The notes below the pieces were generated by a model that made no database searches, was not told where the DNA came from, and worked only from the letters and a program-made list of their open reading frames with translations. 64,000 nucleotides of DNA from Cyanophora paradoxa CCMP329 (Eukaryota > Plantae > Glaucophyta): NCBI GenBank assembly GCA_004431415.1, contig QPMI01000396.1, positions 49,105 to 113,104 of the forward strand, in the 5' to 3' direction. Every line of letters begins with the position of its first letter. Position 1 is the first letter of the stretch. The position numbers were made by a program, and so were the translations under genes. Of this stretch, positions 58,601-64,000 are shown piece by piece.

Positions 58601-59373
58601 TCCCTCCCGTCTCCGCCTCACCGTCCCGCCAGGCGGCGTACGACAGCCTGCCGGAGGCGGCCTGCGCCGACTGGATCTGCGGGGGACCCGCGGAGGGTCC
58701 GCCCCCGCCAGCGCAGCCGCCTCTAGATCAAAGGGAAAGCCAAGGGGATGTCGTGTTGGAGCCGAGTTCGGCGGCCTCTCGCGGGGCCCTCTGGAGCTGA
58801 CCGCGCCGGGGGCGGCAGGGACGCGGCGGGCGCTGCGGGTGGCCGGCTTCGCGCCCGAGGCGGAGGCGCAGCTGCGGGCGCTGGCCGGCGAGGAGGGCGA
58901 CAGGCGCCTCCGCTTCTACGCCGGCTGGCGCGACCTCCGCCCCGTCATCGAGCAGGCCCGCCCCGCCCGCTGCCTCCGCCCCGCCTCCGCTCTAGCACGC
59001 GCTTAATTGCTGGTCTCGGAGAAGATCGACGTTAACGCCAAAGAGACGTTTTTACTTGTAGGAACGCCGTTCAATTCCTCGTGCTCCAGCAAATTCTTTT
59101 AATTCGGCCCTAGGCCTCATGTTCAGCGAATTTAGTCCTAAATGGATTCTTCCGATGATGATGAGCTCATTAACTTCAATTTAGAAGAAGACCGGTGCCA
59201 ATTATAATTACAAGCTTAAGGCTTACGCACACGCTGCTAACTGCAAGGGACGGGGCGCCTTGACTTTGACGCTGGGGCGCAGTGCGTGGCGCTGGACCCG
59301 CGCTCGTACCACGTGAAGGACCTCCACGAGGGGCGCGCCCCGGGGCCCTCCGACGGTGCGCGGGGGCCGGCCC

Positions 59374-59407
<34 letters not shown>

Positions 59408-59831
59408 CTCGCCCTGCTCTGCATCCCCGCCGCCCTTCTAGTAGTTTTTTATTTACATTTCCGCCGGTCTTATATATTTTAGTTTTTTATTAAGATCTCC
59501 GCCGCCCTTATAATAGTTTTTCATTTAGATCTGTATACGTATATATACGTATATTTTAGGCTTGGGGCGACCTCGCCGCTCCGAACCGCCGCCCGCCCGC
59601 TAATTATATAATATTAGAAGCTGGAGTTTCATTCGAGGGATCTTGTTCGAGCATTAAATATTGGGGGCGCGGGCAGGGACCTCGTCGTTCGCGATCGACG
59701 GGCTGCTGGTGACGTTCCGCGTGGCCGGCGAGGAGGCGACCGTCGTCCGCGTCGAGCGCAGCAGCGCCGCCCCGGGAGGCCAGCAGCCTCCCGGTCAGCA
59801 GATTCTCCCGGGTCCCCCTTCCCAAAAATAG
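55700..59831 (+). CDS. trmO: TrmO/TsaA (YaeB) tRNA m6t6A37 methyltransferase-like protein with upstream RRM domain, multi-exon
   Basis: RPIG-TFESCF...GTPRQG, LEGLDRFSHVWLIFLFH, GVFATRSPHRPN.VGLS, GVDLVDGTPVLDVK-PY, LDPR; RRM RNP2 VYLGGLP and RNP1 GFAFVGY. Confidence 0.85.
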
Positions 59832-61360
59832 CTACCGGTGCTATAGCTAGACTATGGTCCAACAATCCCGACTGCATGCGCACCGGGACCGGTTTGTGAT
59901 TGTGAAACTCTAAGGACCGTAGTATGTACCGTATACGTAGCACCGGTGGTACGCGGGGCGTAGTACCGGCCCGATCGCGAGTAGTACGCGCCGCGGGGGG
60001 CGCGCCGCCGCCGCCGCGCGCCGCGCGCGATCGCGACCTCGGACGTTCAACGTAACGTTAACGGTCACGGGCCCCGGGCCGGCGGGGGACCCCGGTCACG
60101 GCGGCCCGCGCCGGCGGGCCGCGCCGCGCGCTCGCGTGCGGCTCATGATCAGCGGCTGCACTAGCACTGCCGGCGTCTGCCGCAGACCGTCGGACAGGCC
60201 TATACTGTAGGCTATATATATATACTACTGATACAATACTGGTATATGATCATATGCATGATAGCTAGGCCCGCAAATTCATTTCGAGCCGCAAATTGGG
60301 TCCGCAATACTTACGACTCAAGTTCCGAGTCAAGCTCCGGGATCCGAGTAACTTCCGTCTCGGCGACCTCCACATCAATATCGATATCCGATAATCCGAT
60401 CATCATGATCACGTGACTCACGTCCGACGTCATCTCTTTAGTCTAAACAACCGGACCGGTACTACGGTACCTTTTCGAGTCCAAGCCAACTTCCGGAAGT
60501 TCAAGGGAAGCAACCGCTGAATTGATCTGAATTGAACGTTCACTGCTCATGATCACGGTCACGGTAGTTTTAATCCACGTCACATTCATTTGGGTTTCTG
60601 TTTTTGAAAAGTTTCACTGGCCAGCTCATCATGAATCATGAATCGATTCATGATCCATAATCAGTCGCGGGACTCGCGGATCGGAGCTTGCTGCTTGCGA
60701 ATCAAGTTGCGATCGCGAGGTGCGATTCCGTGCGAATTCGAAACCATGCATATGGCCAAGGGCAACATGCAAGTGCAATATTACTTGCTTCGAATTATCA
60801 ATTAGCTATATATAGCAACATGCAATTCTTAGGAACTAGCTATCAATTTCTAGCTTCTTCGCTAGCGATCGCCTTCCCAGTCACTGAGTGTTCCCACTGT
60901 TCCGGCGGGCCCGGGGTGTTCCCACCAGTGATGTTATCATGATAATGATGTCCTATCATGATAATGATATGATGCATGATATCATCATGATACGGACCCC
61001 CTGTCATCATGGCTATCATGATGATGATAGAACCCCCCCTAGACCCCCCCAAACCGCGAGTTTCTCATGCTCCAAACACCTTAGCAGAGTTAAATAAGTA
61101 ATCGAGAGAGTGAGTAACATGATCTTTAGCAGAAAGCGCACCGAAATAGTGATGTTCTTGCCATCACAGCGCCTCCACCGGTACCCCCCTCCGGCCCATC
61201 GCCATCACAGCGTTAGCGCCAGATGTAGAGGATGTGTCTGAGTAGGATTATAGTGCAGCTCTAGATCTATGCTTCTTCTGTCGATTTTCGTGTCAAAACG
61301 ACCATCTTTGCTGCAACTTTCACTGTTTCACAGCGCCGGGAACTTTGTATAGTGATAATT

Positions 61361-64000
61361 GCCATACAAGTCCAGCCGAAATTAAAGCGGAGCACAGCGA
61401 GTGACTGGCGCGAGACCGGGCAGGTAGGAAGTGCATTTTAGATCAGCCGAGATGAAAAACATTTTTGGTCTCCCGCCAGAACCTCGCTGTGCGAAAGTTG
61501 GCCTCGGCGGTCGCTGCGCCCCGGCCCCCTCTTCCGCCCTCGACAGCGCAAGGCAGCTCAAGGCCCGCCCAGGCCCCCCCGCTCCCCCCAACTGCCCTTC
61601 CCGGGACTCGAACGCTGGGGCAATAAGTCGCCGGCCGGGCGCACTGCTAGCTCGGCTAGCTCGCCGCGAAACTGGCCTTTTCCTCGTCGCCTTTCTATGA
61701 CCATACATCTAGGAAAATTTTGTACCGCGTCCGCGAGAGACTGAGCACCAGATATGCATTTAGATGCGTACTAGCTCGTGCTAAGCGCTTCGGTCTCTCG
61801 CCAATCGCTCCCCTAGTTTAATCGGGCCGCACCGAACAGATGCCATACAAGTCCAGCCGAAATTAAAGCGGAGCACAGCGAGTGACTGGCGCGAGACCGG
61901 GCAGGTAGGAAGTGCATTTTAGATCAGCCGAGATGAAAACATTTTTGGTCTCCCGCCAGAACCTCGCTGTGCGAAAGTTGGCCTCGGCGGTCGCTGCGCC
62001 CCGGCCCCCTCTTCCGCCCTCGACAGCGCAAGGCAGCTCAAGGCCCGCCCAGGCCCCCCGCTCCCCCAACTGCCCTTCCCGGGACTCGAACGCTGGGCAA
62101 TAAGTCGCCGGCCGGGCGCACTGCTAGCTCGGCTAGCTCGCCGCGAAACTGGCCTTTTCCTCGTCGCCTTTCTATGACCATACATCTAGGAAAATTTTGT
62201 ACCGCGTCCGCGAGAGACTGAGCACCAGATATGCATTTAGATGCGTACTAGCTCGTGCTAAGCGCTTCGGTCTCTCGCCAATCGCTCCCCCTAGTTTAAT
62301 CGGGCCGCACCGAACAGATGCCATACAAGTCCAGCCGAAATTAAAGCGGAGCACAGCGAGTGACTGGCGCGAGACCGGGCAGGTAGGAAGTGCATTTTAG
62401 ATCAGCCGAGATGAAAAACATTTTTGGTCTCCCGCCAGAACCTCGCTGTGCGAAAGTTGGCCTCGGCGGTCGCTGCGCCCCGGCCCCCTCTTCCGCCCTC
62501 GACAGCGCAAGGCAGCTCAAGGCCCGCCCAGGCCCCCCGCTCCCCCAACTGCCCTTCCCGGGACTCGAACGCTGGGGCAATAAGTCGCCGGCCGGGCGCA
62601 CTGCTAGCTCGGCTAGCTCGCCGCGAAACTGGCCTTTTCCTCGTCGCCTTTCTATGACCATACATCTAGGAAAATTTTGTACCGCGTCCGCGAGAGACTG
62701 AGCACCAGATATGCATTTAGATGCGTACTAGCTCGTGCTAAGCGCTTCGGTCTCTCGCCAATCGCTCCCCTAGTTTAATCGGGCCGCACCGAACAGATGC
62801 CATACAAGTCCAGCCGAAATTAAAGCGGAGCACAGCGAGTGACTGGCGCGAGACCGGGCAGGTAGGAAGTGCATTTTAGATCAGCCGAGATGAAAACATT
62901 TTGGTCTCCCGCCAGAACCTCGCTGTGCGAAAGTTGGCCTCGGCGGTCGCTGCGCCCCGGCCCCCTCTTCCGCCCTCGACAGCGCAAGGCAGCTCAAGGC
63001 CCGCCCAGGCCCCCCGCTCCCCCAACTGCCCTTCCCGGGACTCGAACGCTGGGGCAATAAGTCGCCGGCCGGGCGCACTGCTAGCTCGGCTAGCTCGCCG
63101 CGAAACTGGCCTTTTCCTCGTCGCCTTTCTATGACCATACATCTAGGAAAATTTTGTACCGCGTCCGCGAGAGACTGAGCACCAGATATGCATTTAGATG
63201 CGTACTAGCTCGTGCTAAGCGCTTCGGTCTCTCGCCAATCGCTCCCCCTAGTTTAATCGGGCCGCACCGAACAGATGCCATACAAGTCCAGCCGAAATTA
63301 AAGCGGAGCACAGCGAGTGACTGGCGCGAGACCGGGCAGGTAGGAAGTGCATTTTAGATCAGCCGAGATGAAAAACATTTTTGGTCTCCCGCCAGAACCT
63401 CGCTGTGCGAAAGTTGGCCTCGGCGGTCGCTGCGCCCCGGCCCCCTCTTCCGCCCTCGACAGCGCAAGGCAGCTCAAGGCCCGCCCAGGCCCCCCCGCTC
63501 CCCCAACTGCCCTTCCCGGGACTCGAACGCTGGGCAATAAGTCGCCGGCCGGGCGCACTGCTAGCTCGGCTAGCTCGCCGCGAAACTGGCCTTTTCCTCG
63601 TCGCCTTTCTATGACCATACATCTAGGAAAATTTTGTACCGCGTCCGCGAGAGACTGAGCACCAGATATGCATTTAGATGCGTACTAGCTCGTGCTAAGC
63701 GCTTCGGTCTCTCGCCAATCGCTCCCCCTAGTTTAATCGGGCCGCACCGAACAGATGCCATACAAGTCCAGCCGAAATTAAAGCGGAGCACAGCGAGTGA
63801 CTGGCGCGAGACCGGCAGGTAGGAAGTGCATTTTAGATCAGCCGAGATGAAAAACATTTTTGGTCTCCGCCAAACCTCGCTGTGCGAAAGTTGGCCTCGG
63901 CGGTCGCTGCGCCCCGGCCCCCTCTTCCGCCCTCGACAGCGCAAGGCAGCTCAAGGCCCGCCCAGGCCCCCCGCTCCCCCCAACTGCCCTTCCCGGGACT
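61361..64000. repeat. Homogeneous tandem array, ~479-bp unit, about 5.5 copies, continuing past the window end
   Basis: GCCATACAAGTCCAGCCG recurs at 61361, 61842, 62320, 62799, 63277 and 63757; copies differ almost only in homopolymer length. Confidence 0.97.

Noticed and set aside
61592-61665. Functional tRNA gene in the array
   Set aside because: Acceptor and T stems do not pair; kept only as a promoter-like observation
61694-61815. 5S rRNA array (CTATGACCATAC resembles the 5S 5' end)
   Set aside because: Downstream sequence lacks the conserved 5S internal control region and terminal stem

Overview
Eukaryotic, very GC-rich, intron-dense genomic DNA. Short introns with frequent GC donors, Phe-containing plastid transit peptides, nuclear rpl10 and ilvB, and a hydF gene suggest a glaucophyte-like alga such as Cyanophora (inference). 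The main feature is a complete, apparently young endogenous Polinton-like virus at 7516-29011 (21,496 bp). It has 560-bp terminal inverted repeats ending TGTTGT...ACAACA and a 6-bp target-site duplication (GTCGCC). Its intronless, lower-GC genes encode a protein-primed PolB with an N-terminal TP/vOTU-like region, an rve integrase, a double-jelly-roll major capsid protein, two divergent minor capsid proteins, an A32-type packaging ATPase and a patatin lipase. It also carries a 7.5-kb cassette of fibre-like genes: four paralogues with a shared N-terminus and two kinds of C-terminal head (two are C1q), one long phage-tail-repeat fibre and a small phage-like partner. No adenain protease gene was seen. 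Nine apparent frameshifts in the element can each be repaired by adding one base to a homopolymer, so they are probably long-read errors. A motif GTCGCAGACAAGC...GCTGCGCC is dispersed through the element. Host genes encode an EF-hand protein, HydF with a mitochondrial-like presequence, a SAM methyltransferase, a sirtuin, a membrane-anchored tandem zeta/beta-CA-like protein, a small coiled-coil protein, plastid Rpl10, a large surface protein, acetolactate synthase and an RRM-TrmO fusion. A ~479-bp tandem array runs off the right end.
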